Source: Octopus vulgaris
Taxonomy: Eukaryota
DNA: 64,000 nt
Direction of reading: 5' to 3'
NCBI GenBank assembly: GCA_951406725.2
Contig: OX597824.1
Location: forward strand, 992,001-1,056,000
Part shown: positions 39,540 through 53,268 of the stretch, in pieces
Layout of the letters: each line of letters begins with the position of its first letter
How positions within the stretch are numbered: the stretch's first letter is position 1
The notes under the pieces: generated by a model
Told to the model about the DNA's origin: nothing
Databases searched by the model: none
What the model saw: the letters and a program-made list of their open reading frames with translations, nothing else
Program-made: the position numbers and the translations under genes

Positions 39540-39990
39540 TCTCCAGAAATTTCGTCATGACTAATATGACAAGTACATCTCACCTGAGCTTTCTGTCAGA
39601 GAGTGAACAAGATTAAGATGCTGGCTTGCCAAAGTACTACAAAGTCAAGGTTATTTGCCAGCAAATATGCTGAATGCTATAGAGATACCACATATGGGAG
39701 GTGTTGAATTTTCTCGTGGGTCTCCTATAGACTATTCTTAACTTGTAGGCATATAGGAGGGTTGTGACAACAACTTCGTGTCCAAAGACCATCGTCTTGG
39801 CATGAAATTGATTTTCCTAAGTTGCCGCACATCCTTTCGCAGCTGTTCGTCGATGTTTACTGCTGTTGATATAACGAACTTGTCAAGTGTCTGTAAATCT
39901 AGTCCATTCATTGTAACCTATTATTTCCAGGACAGGTTTCCAGATAAAACTGGTTATGACCGCAATTTTCCTTATGTTTACTGATAGGAG
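39540..39990 (-). mobile_element. highly degraded RTE-clade LINE fragment
   Basis: Minus frame VTMNGLDLQTLDKF...AVNIDE resembles the RTE RT C-terminal pattern (NG..L..VDKF.YLGS...NID.E). Confidence 0.5.
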
Positions 39991-41330
39991 AAATTGTCAG
40001 AAGCTGTTGAGACAGGGTCGTTTCCTATAACATTTTCTGCCTATTACTAATATTAACATGGAAATTATCGTCGCAAAGAAAATCCCTCGAAATTTTTTGT
40101 CGGACATGTTCGCATACATATGGTTCACAAATGTGCTGCCTGTCTCCTCAATCCTTCCTTTCTACAGCAGTTGCACTGGTCTTTATTTCTCGAAGCCACC
40201 ATCTCTCAAATTGTCTCCATCCAGGCACACCCGACGTACTCATCACTTTTCCCTCGGTCACTCGTTGTGATCTCTTCCCAATCATTAGACTCTACTCTAA
40301 GCCCTTCACTGTATCCTTCTTTTACCTTAACTTGTAACTTTGTGCAAACTACAATTATACACGCTAGCGAGCACACACACACCTGCATTCTTATTGCAGT
40401 CGATTACAACAGCAATTATGCATGTGCATTTAGTCTTCCCTGTAATTTTCGACTCGAAGCCTTCCAAGAGAGCATATACGGCATCAACTTTACATTGCCA
40501 GATGGCCTGCAAAGGATATGGGCGCAGCCCTTCCTCCAGATCTTTCCAATAAATAAATTTTGATTTTTTTCTCTCCTCCTCTTAAGTTTTGATCAGAATT
40601 ATGATCAAAAGCATTTCAGCCGTCACCAGCCTGACCTTTTAAATGTGTTCCACATTACACTGTCTCATGCGTCTTTCTTTTCTTTAATACGCCGGTGCGT
40701 AATTTGTAGGATTACTGCCATTTCTAGCAAGTCGAACGACCATGTAGAGGGCTTGTAGGGGGGGATAACTTATTTTCCTTTGACCAAGAACGAATGACTA
40801 TTCATGCCGTTAATATAATTCATGTGTGCGAGTTTGTAGACTCATGTGTGTGGGTGTGTGTAATATGCATAGGTATTTCTATGTATGTAGATATATGCAT
40901 ATGTAAGTGTGTGCTGTGTGAGAGTATGTCTACGTGTGCGCGTATGTATAAGCATGAGCATGTATGCGTGATGGCACTTGTCTATATGTAAGTATCCCTT
41001 TAAGTGTGAGCTTAAATGTGTGTGTGTGTGTGTGTGTGTGTCACTATGTGTGTCCACTTTTTTGCGCATTCATACATGTATGCACATATGTGTACGTGCA
41101 TGTATGCGAGTGATGCGAATGAGAGAGTAGTTTGGGGAGTATGTGTGTAGGTAGGTGCATCTCCTTCTCTACACGTTTGTCCGTCATTCTCATCACGTCG
41201 CATTTAAAATCGCGTTGAGAGACCAACGGATTCAACCGTTTTAGGTTCCCCATTTCCATCATCTTCTTATTTTCATCACCTCCACTTGTTTCTCTGCCCC
41301 CTCTCTCTCTCACTATATATATATATATAC

Positions 41331-41434
<104 letters not shown>

Positions 41435-41475
41435 CGGAATGGTCATAAAAAATCTTGCACAACAAATATTTAAAC

Positions 41476-41524
<49 letters not shown>

Positions 41525-41527
41525 GTA

Positions 41528-41584
<57 letters not shown>

Positions 41585-41948
41585 ATTAGTCCCCTCCGGT
41601 TCTTTTACTCTTCTACTCCTCCCTCCCACTCCTTCTCATCTCTTCCTCTCTTTCTCTTAAAGATGACAGAATTGATTTCAATGAAACGACAGGCTAACTT
41701 ATGCTTCAAGTAATTACAGGAATCGGAATGGAATTTGGTGTTGATGCTGTAGAATGGTAAAGAAATGCCATTGTACAAGAACAATCAGCGAATTATATGA
41801 AGATGCTTCAAGAAATAACATTTCGCTTGAAGAATACAAACTTACAAATAAGACAAGCGATAAATAACAAATATCTATCGTGTATCGTGGATCCGATTTC
41901 TCTACTGCATTCTCTCCCTTTCTCTTGCTATGTATATATACAGGCACG

Positions 41949-41980
<32 letters not shown>

Positions 41981-41997
41981 TGTATGTATGTATGTAT

Positions 41998-42441
41998 GTC
42001 AGGTCATTTTCGAGTGCTACTGGTAACATGTAACCCAGTACAACCTGTTGCATGGTCGGGTCGTCGGTGACTAAACCGTCAACCCCACCAAGCTTGCTTG
42101 GTGAGGAGGGTGTTTATTGAACACCCTGCGGGATGAAAAACAAAACACGTCAAAGGGCGGAGAAACTCTTGAGAGTCAACGGCCGTCCAATAAATGTCTT
42201 AGGCTGTATCATGCGCGGGGACATAGAAATAATCGGACTGAATACTCGATCGCGCGTTTAAACCATTGGGAGGACTCCTAGCCTTTGTTAAGGCATCATT
42301 CTAGGTAACTCAGGTAACTGGGATAACTCTGACATTGCGGCTCAGTGGTTATCGATGATGTTGACTTGTTCTTCTTTTCGGATTATGGCTGCTGTTGCTT
42401 AGTGAGTGAGATTGACTCAGTGCACAGCCTTTCCTCACTTT
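41998..42441 (+). mobile_element. non-autonomous retroposon, probably RTE-derived; 3'-truncated copy
   Basis: Clearly homologous to the inverted copy at 50038-50592; non-coding; cut off at the mariner junction. Confidence 0.75.
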
Positions 42442-43349
42442 ATAATGCGTTTTTTCAATTGTATGAACTAAACGTCAGAGGGTGTGAGTGGGATAAACTA
42501 CCTGCATCAACCTGCTATAAAAAGCAGATAGTAATTTTGCCTTGTCCTTATTCTTAGTGCATGTTTTGATGAGTGCAGTTCGATTTTAACAGTTATTTTT
42601 TCAAAGCGATAATGGAAATGACAAATGAGCATATTCGGCATATTTTGCTTTATGAGTTCAATAAAGGCAACAACGTAACGGAAAGTGCGAGGAATATTAA
42701 TGCAGAATATGGGGATCGGACAATAAGCATAAGCCTGTACCAATGGTGGTTCCGGAAATTCCGAGTCGGAAACTACAGCCAAGAAGACGAGTCACGTCCT
42801 GGAAGATCTGCAGAGCTCGATGGTAACGTCCTGCAAACCCTGGTGGAACAAAATTCCATCGTAACTGTTGAGAAACTAGCAGAGAATCTTGGATTTGGTC
42901 ATTCAACCATTCATCGGCACTTGCGCCAGAAGAAAAATGACCATCTTTGGTTTGAAGACGAAACCAAAGATGGTGAGGATAATGCTCGGCCACATACTGC
43001 GAAGATGACATTCGAAAGGCTGGAACAGTTTCAATGGGAAACGATGCCCCACCCACCATATTCGCCGGACATTGCCCCATCTGATTATCATTTATTCCGC
43101 AGTCTTCAAAATCATTTGGACGGAAAAAATATGAATTCTGTAGACAAGGTCAGAGTAGTACTGGAGGAGTATTTTTCATCACGGACAAGTGAATTTTGGA
43201 AGAGGGGCCTTGCAAGTCTACCAGATAGATGGAAGAGCATCTTCTTAGTAAATGAAGGAGAGTATATTTTAAATTAAAAACGAACTTTATCTTAATTTTG
43301 GAAAATAAAGAAGTATAAATAAACCCACATTATTTATGGGACGACCCAA
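42442..43349 (+). mobile_element. mariner transposon with internal deletion
   Basis: Right TIR CATTATTTATGGGACGACCCAA-TA; partial left TIR ATAATGCGTTTT; encloses the transposase ORF. Confidence 0.92.
42612..43277 (+). CDS. internally deleted mariner transposase (open frame, 221 aa)
   Basis: HIRHILLYEF...WFRKFR...RPGR...TIHRHL (two HTH regions) fused to DNARPH...HPPYSPDIAPSDYHLFRSL; lacks WVPHEL and the first catalytic D (TGDEKW). Confidence 0.8.
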   Translation: MEMTNEHIRHILLYEFNKGNNVTESARNINAEYGDRTISISLYQWWFRKFRVGNYSQEDESRPGRSAELDGNVLQTLVEQNSIVTVEKLAENLGFGHSTIHRHLRQKKNDHLWFEDETKDGEDNARPHTAKMTFERLEQFQWETMPHPPYSPDIAPSDYHLFRSLQNHLDGKNMNSVDKVRVVLEEYFSSRTSEFWKRGLASLPDRWKSIFLVNEGEYILN

Positions 43350-43618
43350 TACATCATTCTAACGCCTCAGCTTTGAATATCTTGAGCACTTCAAAGTGAA
43401 GTCTATGCATTGGAGAAAATCTTCTTCCTTATAATCATACATATATATATATACGTCATATATACATATAAGTATGTATATGTATATTTGTATATATACG
43501 TATATATGAGTGCCTGTGTATATGCATACATACATAAAATAAATAAGTAAATTATTTACGTAGAATATATAACATATAAATGCACACACACGTACACACG
43601 CCAACATATATATGTATT

Positions 43619-44539
43619 TCTATACATATAAAACTGAGAATGTTTGTCTGTCTGTCTGTCTGTGTGTTTCCCTAAAACTTGAGAACTACACAACCAATTT
43701 CATTCAAATTTTACACATGCCTTACTTAGGGTCCGGGGAGTGTCATCGGCAAAAAAATGTTCAACTTCTTGCCTAGAGCGAGCCCATAGCAATATCATAT
43801 CTTCTCCACTATTTCAGTATTACGTGTTAAAAGTGAAACAAAAATATTTCTCTATTTTATGTCAGATACTTTCACTTTAACAATAAAAATAATAATAACA
43901 ATTTAATCATATGTAGTAAGTAATAATTAAGATCAAACTAAAGCATAATATAATCGTAACATAACAAAAGTAAAAATAGCAATTGGTATAAAATTGCATC
44001 AATGACTTGAACTTGAATAAGTGGTTTCACATGAATGGGAATAAATTAAAAATAAAATTAGCGTGCAGAAATGGAATAGTCCATATGGACTATTATACAT
44101 AAAGGACTATATCTAACCAGAGGCGATAAATTCGCCACAATAGAAGCAAGGTTCAAGTCAACAGAGCGTGCAAGGGAGTACTTGACTCGAACCTTGCAAA
44201 GTGGAAATATTTTATTTTCACCTTTATATCTGCGGCGTAGGACGTCCCGGATAAAAAATATAAATGTCCCCCCATAGGCTGGATTGTAGCCACACTTCTA
44301 TACAAGAGGGAGGACAAGATACAATTGATCGAAATTGCAAGAGACGGGCCTACAATTACAGTCTGTTATATATTTTGAGTATTGTTATCACTAGCAATAT
44401 CAAGATATAACTTTGTATTTTGTATTTTATGTGTAGGTATATATATATATAGATGTACATGTAATATGTACATATATATATATACACATATATACATGCA
44501 CTAGCACTATGACCCGGCAACAACGGGTCATAATGCTAG
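43619..44539 (+). mobile_element. non-autonomous Helitron-like element
   Basis: 5' TCTATACATATAAAA, (GTCT)n near the 5' end, subterminal hairpin GACCCG/CGGGTC and 3' CTAG followed by T. Confidence 0.75.
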
Positions 44540-44540
44540 T

Positions 44541-44581
<41 letters not shown>

Positions 44582-44839
44582 ATGTATATTTGTGTGCATA
44601 TAAGTGCCTATGTACGAGAGAAAGAGAGAGAGAGAGAGAGAGTGTGTGTGTGTGAGGGGGTAGAAAGGAAAAATAGACAGAGAGAAGGCGAAAACAAACG
44701 AGCGAAGAAAGAACTTAAGTTAAAGAGACAAATTCAGAAAATCAGAACAATATTAAATTTTCTTTTGATAGAAATCTATAGAAAGAGACAAACTTGAGAT
44801 GTGTAATTTGTGCTGAAGAGAGTAACGTATGTATGTATG

Positions 44840-44902
<63 letters not shown>

Positions 44903-44904
44903 TG

Positions 44905-44964
<60 letters not shown>

Positions 44965-44987
44965 TATATATATATGTCTATATATTC

Positions 44988-45036
<49 letters not shown>

Positions 45037-47559
45037 GTGTATATATATATGTATATGTTAAGGCATGCACACACGCACACAATACACACAGTACACACAT
45101 ATATTGTTAGAAATGATATTTCTAAAGTGAAGAGACATTATTTCAGTATAGACATAAATAGATACAGAAATATATTAATATGTATACGTACAAATTCACA
45201 CACACGCATACATATCCGTATGCGTGCAGATACAATCATGTATTCACTCATCCATATGCACACATGCAACCATACGTACATGCATACATACACACATACA
45301 CACATACATACACACATACATACTACATACATACATGCATGCATACATACATACATACACACACATGCATACATTCATACATACATACATACATACATAC
45401 AGATGTATATATATAACCATATATTCAGAGTTAGCGTGAACAGACAAGTACATATTGAGTTTTCAATTACTGTAAACTCTAACAGCCATGTCAGAAAAAA
45501 ATAATACAAACTTAATAAATAACTGGTTATTTTGCCAGTCATACATTGAAGAAACCTTTTTATTGCATATTGTAGCAATCTTCACACGCTCATTCTGCAG
45601 AGAATCATTAGAAATAACATGACTGGACACGATGACATCAACAACGTCGCTGAATGCAAACAAATTCTTTATTAATTTTAGATAACTAAAAATCGAAATT
45701 ATGAATTAACTTTTTTTGTCTTTTAGTTATGAAATCAATAGTGTCGTATATTTGCTATGAAAAGTTTCTTACTTATGTCAAGTAGATGCTGTGTTGTCGT
45801 CACTGGGAAGCGAGCATTCTATAGTGGCTAGTATCATAGTTTTGGTAATGGTTTGAAGTCTGTGTAGTCTCGAACAGACTCAGATGTCCTTTCGGCTGGG
45901 CAGTCTTTGACACAGCGGGATATTGTGAATGTAACAGCGGGAAAGAGTGTAAGGTGTACAAGTGATCGCTTGGAGCTCAGTTTGCATTGAGTAGACTGAG
46001 CAACGTGAAATGAAGTGCTTTTCTCGGGGATACAGCGAGCCACCCGAGGTAGCTATCGAATCCCTGACCTTACAGTCTGGAGACTACCTACGTAACCACT
46101 GAACCACGTACCCGTATAAGATATTACGTCTATTGCGAATTCACGGGTTTATTCGGCTGGAATTTATATAAGTTTCTGTGATGTATAAGCGACAGAAAAT
46201 ATTAAAGTGCCACTGAACAGGACGCCAGTCTGTCGCAGCGTTAACTTCTTCAGCTGTTACTGGTACAAATTGTCTGCTCAGTAGATAAGAGTCAGGTGAA
46301 ATGAAGTATTTTGCTAAATAACGCAATGCACTACGGGTAGGGGAATCGAAATCAAGACTTTACGGTCACAAATCCAACACCGCTGACCACTATGTCACGC
46401 GCTTTCGCTAGTTGGCGATACGGACACACTGAAAATACCCCGGAATAAACATCACTCAGAGCTAATATGGTATGCGGCGAAAGCTAAAACTAAAATCCTT
46501 GCAAGCGACACCTGTTGAATAAAAGAAAGAATGGTTGAGATTGGTAAATCTATTTTGCAAAGTAAAACAAAACACGCTGAAACAACAACGGTGGAACGTA
46601 TCTCCGTAAATAGAAGAGGTATTTTTATAGCAATATGTGTGACAACAAACAATGGTGCCTTTGTTAGCTTGCAGGAAGGTTGACTGCGCACAGCGAGATG
46701 TAAAAGATTATAGTAACAAGATTAGTGTATTACCAGAGAGGAGAGTCAGTGATATAAACACTTGAAAAATACTAATTTTAACTCGAAAATGCAGCTTATC
46801 TTTCATTTCCGTATCTTTTAAGCAATATCTTGTAGATTCCAAAGCAGTAAACAAAACAACTTTATTTTTTAAGGTCTCCATCATTGGAAAACAGAAGGAT
46901 TAAATAATGTCTGTTAGTTAGTTATAATACTTATCAAATGTTAGCAAACAAATAACTAGAATTCGCAACAATAACTGAAAAATAACACAAATGAGTTGAC
47001 AAAGAAGAGAAGGAGAGAGCGGGGAGAGAGGAAAATGCAATAATTGGTAAAAAATAATTGAGAAAAAAATAATTAATAAGAAATTAGAATGAAATTAATC
47101 TGTAGCCTACTTAATAATGAACTAATAAAAATCAGAGAGGCGTTTTCTCAAAAAGATACGGATTAATTCTGAAGCCAAAAGAATATAGGAAACAAATGAC
47201 TCGGATGTGGCGGAGTTAGAAATAATCCGAAACAAGTTTAGTGGTTGCTTTCCGCCAAAAGTATGTTGCATGGTTGTGTCATAAAAGCAAAAACAGGGAA
47301 CAAAACAGAAAAGATCGGGATGGGAAAGCATTTGGAAAAGTCTTGACAGTTGGAGGTATCTTTTTGCTAACCACTGATAGCAAGATCTCAACGCGTTGGT
47401 CGGTATTAGCTGAAATACGCGTAATGCGAACGAATGAAACCTTTCGTATAACAAAGCTCTGCCGCCCATTTGTGTTTAATGAATGGAATGTACTCGGCCT
47501 GTCTGGAACTGTTCTTCGATGTTGTCTGTGTTTAGTAGCTATAATCATTTACAGCCGAA

Positions 47560-47920
47560 CAAGCAAATAGTGAGAAAGAAGTTTGCAGACGTTCCGGGAA
47601 AAACAAAGTCAACAAATTTATGTCAGCGTTGTGATGGCATCGATGAAATATTTGGTTATAGGATGGTTAGATGCCAAGGAATTGCTTGGTTACATTTCCT
47701 ATTCCTAGACAACATAATCGTGTGTCACATATCCTCGACAGCATCCGTAAGATCAACTCTACATGCATGGGGAAAACAGCATCATGTGGATTGGAAAAGA
47801 GCTTTTCGGAACGTGTTGCACAGTTCCATTGCAAAGAAATATTGAACGAAAGGCTTTTTACAGATCAACAGGAGGTTCTGGCTTCAGGTATTAATAAGGA
47901 GTCGGATAAAATATTTCGTT
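47560..47920 (+). pseudogene. possible very old Penelope-like ORF remnant
   Basis: HAWGKQHHVDWK resembles the H...H..DW motif downstream of Penelope GIY-YIG; little other support. Confidence 0.3.
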
Positions 47921-48684
47921 GAGATATCTGTTCCGAATTACTGGACACCTAGCTGAAAATCCACAGATGTCAATTTTACCTTTAATCCTTTTGGGGTCGA
48001 CATAACAAGAAATATCAGTCCAAGGCTTTGCGTGAACGGAAATGTGAACTTCGGACTGAATGTGTTGTGTTACTTCTTCCGGCTTTCTGCATCCTGAGTC
48101 CAAATTCTACCTTGGCCTTCTTTACATAACGGACATGATATAATTGTTTAGGACATAAAACAAAATAGGTCTTCTACAGTGGTAGAGGTTAGCAGTCCGA
48201 TAGATATGAACATTTCTTCCAAAGTCAGTGGAAGAACATTGAAACTTGCAGGTTCCCTACTCTGTTCATAAATTCCCATTTCTAGCTCTAAGTATTGGTG
48301 CACTCGACTTAATCAGGAAATGTCTAAACGGTAAACGTAAAGTTGGTGTGTGTGTGTGTGGGGGGGAATTACAAGCAATACCCACCAGATACAACACACA
48401 CTTTGCAAATACAGTCTGTAAGTGGAATAGTAAAAATATGTAAGAATTTTCTAAATTTTAACAGATCCTACTCTTTCAACACATCGTTGTTGTTGTACAA
48501 GTTTCAGAGAAGGGGCTTCGATTTTCCATCAGAAACCAGTTGCTTCTTTAAGGAAGAATTCAAATAACATTTTTTTGAAAAAGGAGACACACACGCGTAC
48601 GTGCGCGCGCGCGCACACAACACACACACACACACACACGCGCACACACATACAGACACACACAGACACACACACACACAGAGA

Positions 48685-48736
<52 letters not shown>

Positions 48737-49996
48737 CTCTCTCTCTTCCTCCCGCACAAATGCATACTTCAAATGATATCACGGCCATTTTCTATACATT
48801 CTTAGAATTTTGGGCGGTCTAAAAACAGTCGCATCGTACAGGAAAGATGGTGTGTTTTGCTGCCATAAATGATAGTAATATAAAAACGTTTAAATGTATA
48901 ATTTTGCAGATTATATTTTTAAAAAGCACTAAACAGGTAAGATTATACACCTTTCAAAACTGTATCTCTTTTACTTCTCCAATATATATTAATTCAATGA
49001 AAGGTAGTTTTAGCAAAACTTCATTCCTCGTTTCTTCATTGCTATCGATATTCTTTGATCCACGTTTATTCATTCCGTCATTCGATTATTTGTTCATTCC
49101 TTTTTACTTGGGTTCAAATTCATTCGTTATTCTGTTGACACCATCTTTTCCATTATACGTGCATACATGCATAATACACACGCACACACACACACGCATA
49201 TAAGTGTGTGCGTGCGTGTGTGTGTGTACATGTCTGTGTGCGCATGTACGTGTGTGTGTGTGCATGCATGTGCGTGCGTGTGAGTGCGTATGTGTGCGTG
49301 TGTGTGTGTGCCTGTGTGCGGGCGCGCGCACGTGTGTACGTGGTGTGGTTGTGTGTGTGCGTGCGTGTGCTTATCCGAATCGGTTCTGAAACACAGTAAT
49401 AGAGAAGTGCAGTTTGTCTTGTGCTCTTCTCCTGATTATATTATTCCAGTTCCCGTTGGCAGGAAGCGAAACGAAGACCAATCGCAACTCTCATTCAGAA
49501 CTTCGGCAATTCTAAGGAATTGCATCTTACAGCTCTCCGTAACTCAATCAACTTGAATAATTAGCTACCTGGTGATGCATGCATTCATTTACTTGATGCT
49601 TCTACATATACCTGTCAAGTAGGATACACACACATACACACATACACACACACATACACACATATACACACACACACACATACACACACACATACACACA
49701 CATACACACACACATACACACACACATACACACACATACACACACACATACACACATACACACACATACACACACACACATACACACACACACACACATA
49801 CACACACACACCTCCTTTTTCTCAATCTATTCCTTCTTTTTTCTTCCAACCTAGCCCCTTCTCTCACGTACGCATGCACAACACAGCACATACATTTAAA
49901 TACAATACCTGGTGTGTGTATATATACATATATATATATGTATATGTATATAAATACATATATATATACACATATATATATGTGTGTGTGTATGTA

Positions 49997-50037
<41 letters not shown>

Positions 50038-50041
<4 letters not shown>

Positions 50042-50590
50042 TGGCTGCCCCCTCTTTATCGAGTATGGTCATTGCACGAAGCTTAATCAATGTTGTTATC
50101 GTGTAATGCCTGTGCAAGAAGATATTTTTTTAAGTGTGGAAAGGCTGTGCACTGAGTCAATCCCACTCACTAAGCAACAGCAGCCATAATCCGAAAAGAA
50201 GAACAAGACAACATCATTGGTAACCACTGAGCCGCAGGTTTTAAGTCGGAGTTATCCCAGTTACCTGAGTTGCTTTCTCCTAGAAGGATGCCCTGACAAA
50301 GGCTAGGAGTCCTTCACTCCCAATGGTTTAACTGCGCAATTGGGTATTCAGTCCGATTATTTCTATGTTCCCGTGCATGATACAGTTTTAAGACATTTAT
50401 TGGATGGCCGTTGACTCTCAAGAGTTCCTCCGCCCTTTGACGGGTTTTGTTTTTCATCCCGCAGGGTGACCAATAAACACCCTCCTCACCGAGCAAGCTT
50501 GGTGGGGTTGCCGGTTTAGTCGCCGACGACCCGACCATGCAACAGGTTGTACTGGGTTACATGTTACCAGTAGCACTCGAAAGTGACCTG

Positions 50591-50592
<2 letters not shown>
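50038..50592 (-). mobile_element. non-autonomous retroposon, probably RTE-derived; full copy
   Basis: Reverse complement of 41998-42441 plus about 100 bp of extra tail ending ATGACCATACTCGATAAAGAGGGGGCAGCCACCAT; flanked by TA-rich repeats. Confidence 0.75.
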
Positions 50593-50653
<61 letters not shown>

Positions 50654-50664
<11 letters not shown>

Positions 50665-50841
50665 TTAGAGACAAAACTACTATTATGCAAATCAAACAAA
50701 GAAAGACTTAATCCAATACATAAAATTTTTTATATAAATTAAATATAATTATATTTAATTTATATAAATTTTTATGTATTGGATTAAGTCTTTCTTTGTT
50801 TGATTTGCATAATAGTGGTTTTGTCTCTAATTAATATTATA
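50654..50841. repeat. near-perfect spacerless AT-rich palindrome (about 188 bp)
   Basis: Centre AAATATAA|TTATATTT at 50748/50749; arms differ by one isolated substitution and a small change in an A/T run. Confidence 0.93.
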
Positions 50842-50914
50842 TTATATTTTTCTATAAAATTGGATTCAATCCTAAATCTGATTTTTGCCTGTAAATTTGG
50901 ATTTATTCCCTATT

Positions 50915-50969
<55 letters not shown>

Positions 50970-51023
50970 CATACATACATACATACATATATATATATAA
51001 GCAAACTCACAAATATATACATA

Positions 51024-51417
51024 CTAGCAGTATCGCCCGGCGTTGCTCGGGTTGTAAGGGAAATAACTATATAAGCATTTTTAGAGAGTTATAGCCAAAA
51101 AATAGCAAAAAAATGCATTAGAAATTGAAAAAAAATTAAGGTAAATTTTTTTTTAAATCGTTGACACATCGTAGATATTTTTAGAGAGTTACTTCCCTTA
51201 TATAAAAGCGAAAAAATGCATTAAAATGGAAAAATATGATGGTAAATTTTTTTTAAATCGTAGACTCATCGTAGACACGCGCTAATACCCAGAAGGGCTC
51301 GATATGAATCACGACTATAAGATACCCGCTTTTGGTTAAACTGCACCGCAAAATGTGGGAGTAGTTACGAATCTAAATCGAAGGGGACAGACACACAACT
51401 TCACTCTTATATAAAGA
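51024..51417 (-). mobile_element. non-autonomous Helitron-like element
   Basis: Inserted between A and T; minus strand starts TCTTTATATAA and ends CCCGAGCAACGCCGGG (hairpin)...CTAG. Confidence 0.85.
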
Positions 51418-51669
51418 TGCTTTTTTTTTTTCAGTCATAGAGTTAGATTTATGAAGGTCTTCAGTAGAAAATCCTTCGAATTCTGACTCGCTGCTTGATA
51501 TAATGAAATTCGTATCCATTTTTTGTCAGAATTACAAATTTTGAAAACACAATAGGAACAAATTTCGGAAAAAAATCTCCCATAATTCACGGAATTAAAA
51601 TTACACTTCGATTTTTGTACAAAACTGTATTTGAAGTGTTTACGAAGTATAATACGTGTTTTCACGAAT

Positions 51670-52199
51670 GTACTAAAGAGATTTACTCTGATATTCTCAT
51701 TTAAATATGAATAGGTAAATTCGGGCGGTTTGGTAACGAAAGGGTTTATATAAGTGTCGTCTGTTTATACATAAACACTGTTTCATACTTTCAGTTTAGT
51801 CTTCCTCAAATCACTCTGTCGCTAATTTACTCTCTCCCAAGAACATTTTCACTCACTCTTATCTGTTAGCTTCCCATACATTTTACTCATGTATCTATCA
51901 GCGTGATAGACAGAAACAAATATTACATCTAGTTTCACTTTATTCGTTGCACACTGTGTGTGTGCGTTTGCGTGTGCTGTAAACCAGACTAAGAAAAGCA
52001 TTTGACATACACACCAGAATGTGAGTTTTCTGTAAATTTTGCTTAATTGGAGTTTAAATTTTAAAAACTGGACCTGGCATGACCCGATGCATTCTACTCT
52101 TAAAAATGCTAGGTAAATTGTAATTGAAGAAATCCTATATTGTAGATTTATATAACTTCCAAAGGGAGGCAGATAAAATCTGCCTTTTATAATAAGAGA
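51670..52199 (-). mobile_element. possible Helitron-like element (5' end visible)
   Basis: Minus strand starts TCTCTTATTATAAAA followed by hairpin GGCAGATTTTATCTGCC; left boundary uncertain. Confidence 0.4.
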
Positions 52200-52346
52200 T
52201 GCATACATACACCCACAAATATATACACATAGATAGATAGATAGACAGACAGATAGATAAATAGATAGATAGATCACACAAGCAAATACATATGGCAATA
52301 TTTTCTAAGATTCATATAATACTTAACAAAATAAACACACACACTT

Positions 52347-52382
<36 letters not shown>

Positions 52383-52555
52383 CATAAATACTGGGAGCAG
52401 CATATTATAATCACAGTTTATTATTCATTGATATGAAAATCAGTTGATACCTCACACATTCAAGATTTGCTATAGCATGTACTTTATTTTCTGCCGGTTA
52501 CTTTCTATCTAAAAGGATTTGCCCGAATGCGATCACAATAAGCGTCTTCCTCAGC

Positions 52556-52620
<65 letters not shown>

Positions 52621-52819
52621 AAATAATTAAGATTCAGTTAAATTAAGTACTTAAGTTGTGGCACACAGTCAGTCCGGTATTATCCACACAGCTCGAAGTA
52701 AGGTGAATAAAATCAAAATAATTTCACAGCAACATGACATTCTTTCATCCTCTAGCTCTGATAAAATATTTGAGAAAATTTATATTAATTTATTTTGTCT
52801 GTTAGAAATCCATATTTCT

Positions 52820-52905
52820 TGCAACTGAAGATAGCACTGTATTTAAATTGATGTAATGCTTGGATTGTTCAATTAAATGGAGCCACTTGAAACGGTCGCA
52901 TTGCA
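52820..52905 (+). ncRNA. degenerate hammerhead motif (U16.1 to C)
   Basis: TGCAA-CTGAAGA-tagc...actt-GAAA-CGGTC-GCA-TTGCA; paralog of 23551. Confidence 0.65.
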
Positions 52906-52936
52906 CTAATTCTTGGCATCCTGTTACCTTATTTTG

Positions 52937-52988
<52 letters not shown>

Positions 52989-53040
52989 TGTGTGCATGTA
53001 CATATACTACTGATAGTTTTTAGTTTGTTTTTATGTGAAG

Positions 53041-53077
<37 letters not shown>

Positions 53078-53200
53078 TAAATTGGAGACAAAACCACTAT
53101 TAGGCAAATCATACAATGAAAAACTTAAGCCAATACGTAAGATTATTTAATTTATATTATTTAAATATATAACAAAATTATTAAAAAATATAATTAATAT

Positions 53201-53268
53201 ATCACTACGATCGTTTCATGGCTGTTAATTTCTTTAAATTTTCAAGTCACAGTCATTCATCAGGTGGT
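53201..53268 (-). ncRNA. hammerhead ribozyme motif
   Basis: Minus: CAC-CTGATGA-ATGACTGT...ACAGCCAT-GAAA-CGATC-GTA-GTG. Stem III palindrome ACGATCGT. Confidence 0.8.

Noticed and set aside
48911-48936. Possible 26-bp micro-exon (TTGCAG...CAG|GTAAGA)
   Set aside because: Weak pyrimidine tract, AT-rich, not a multiple of three.
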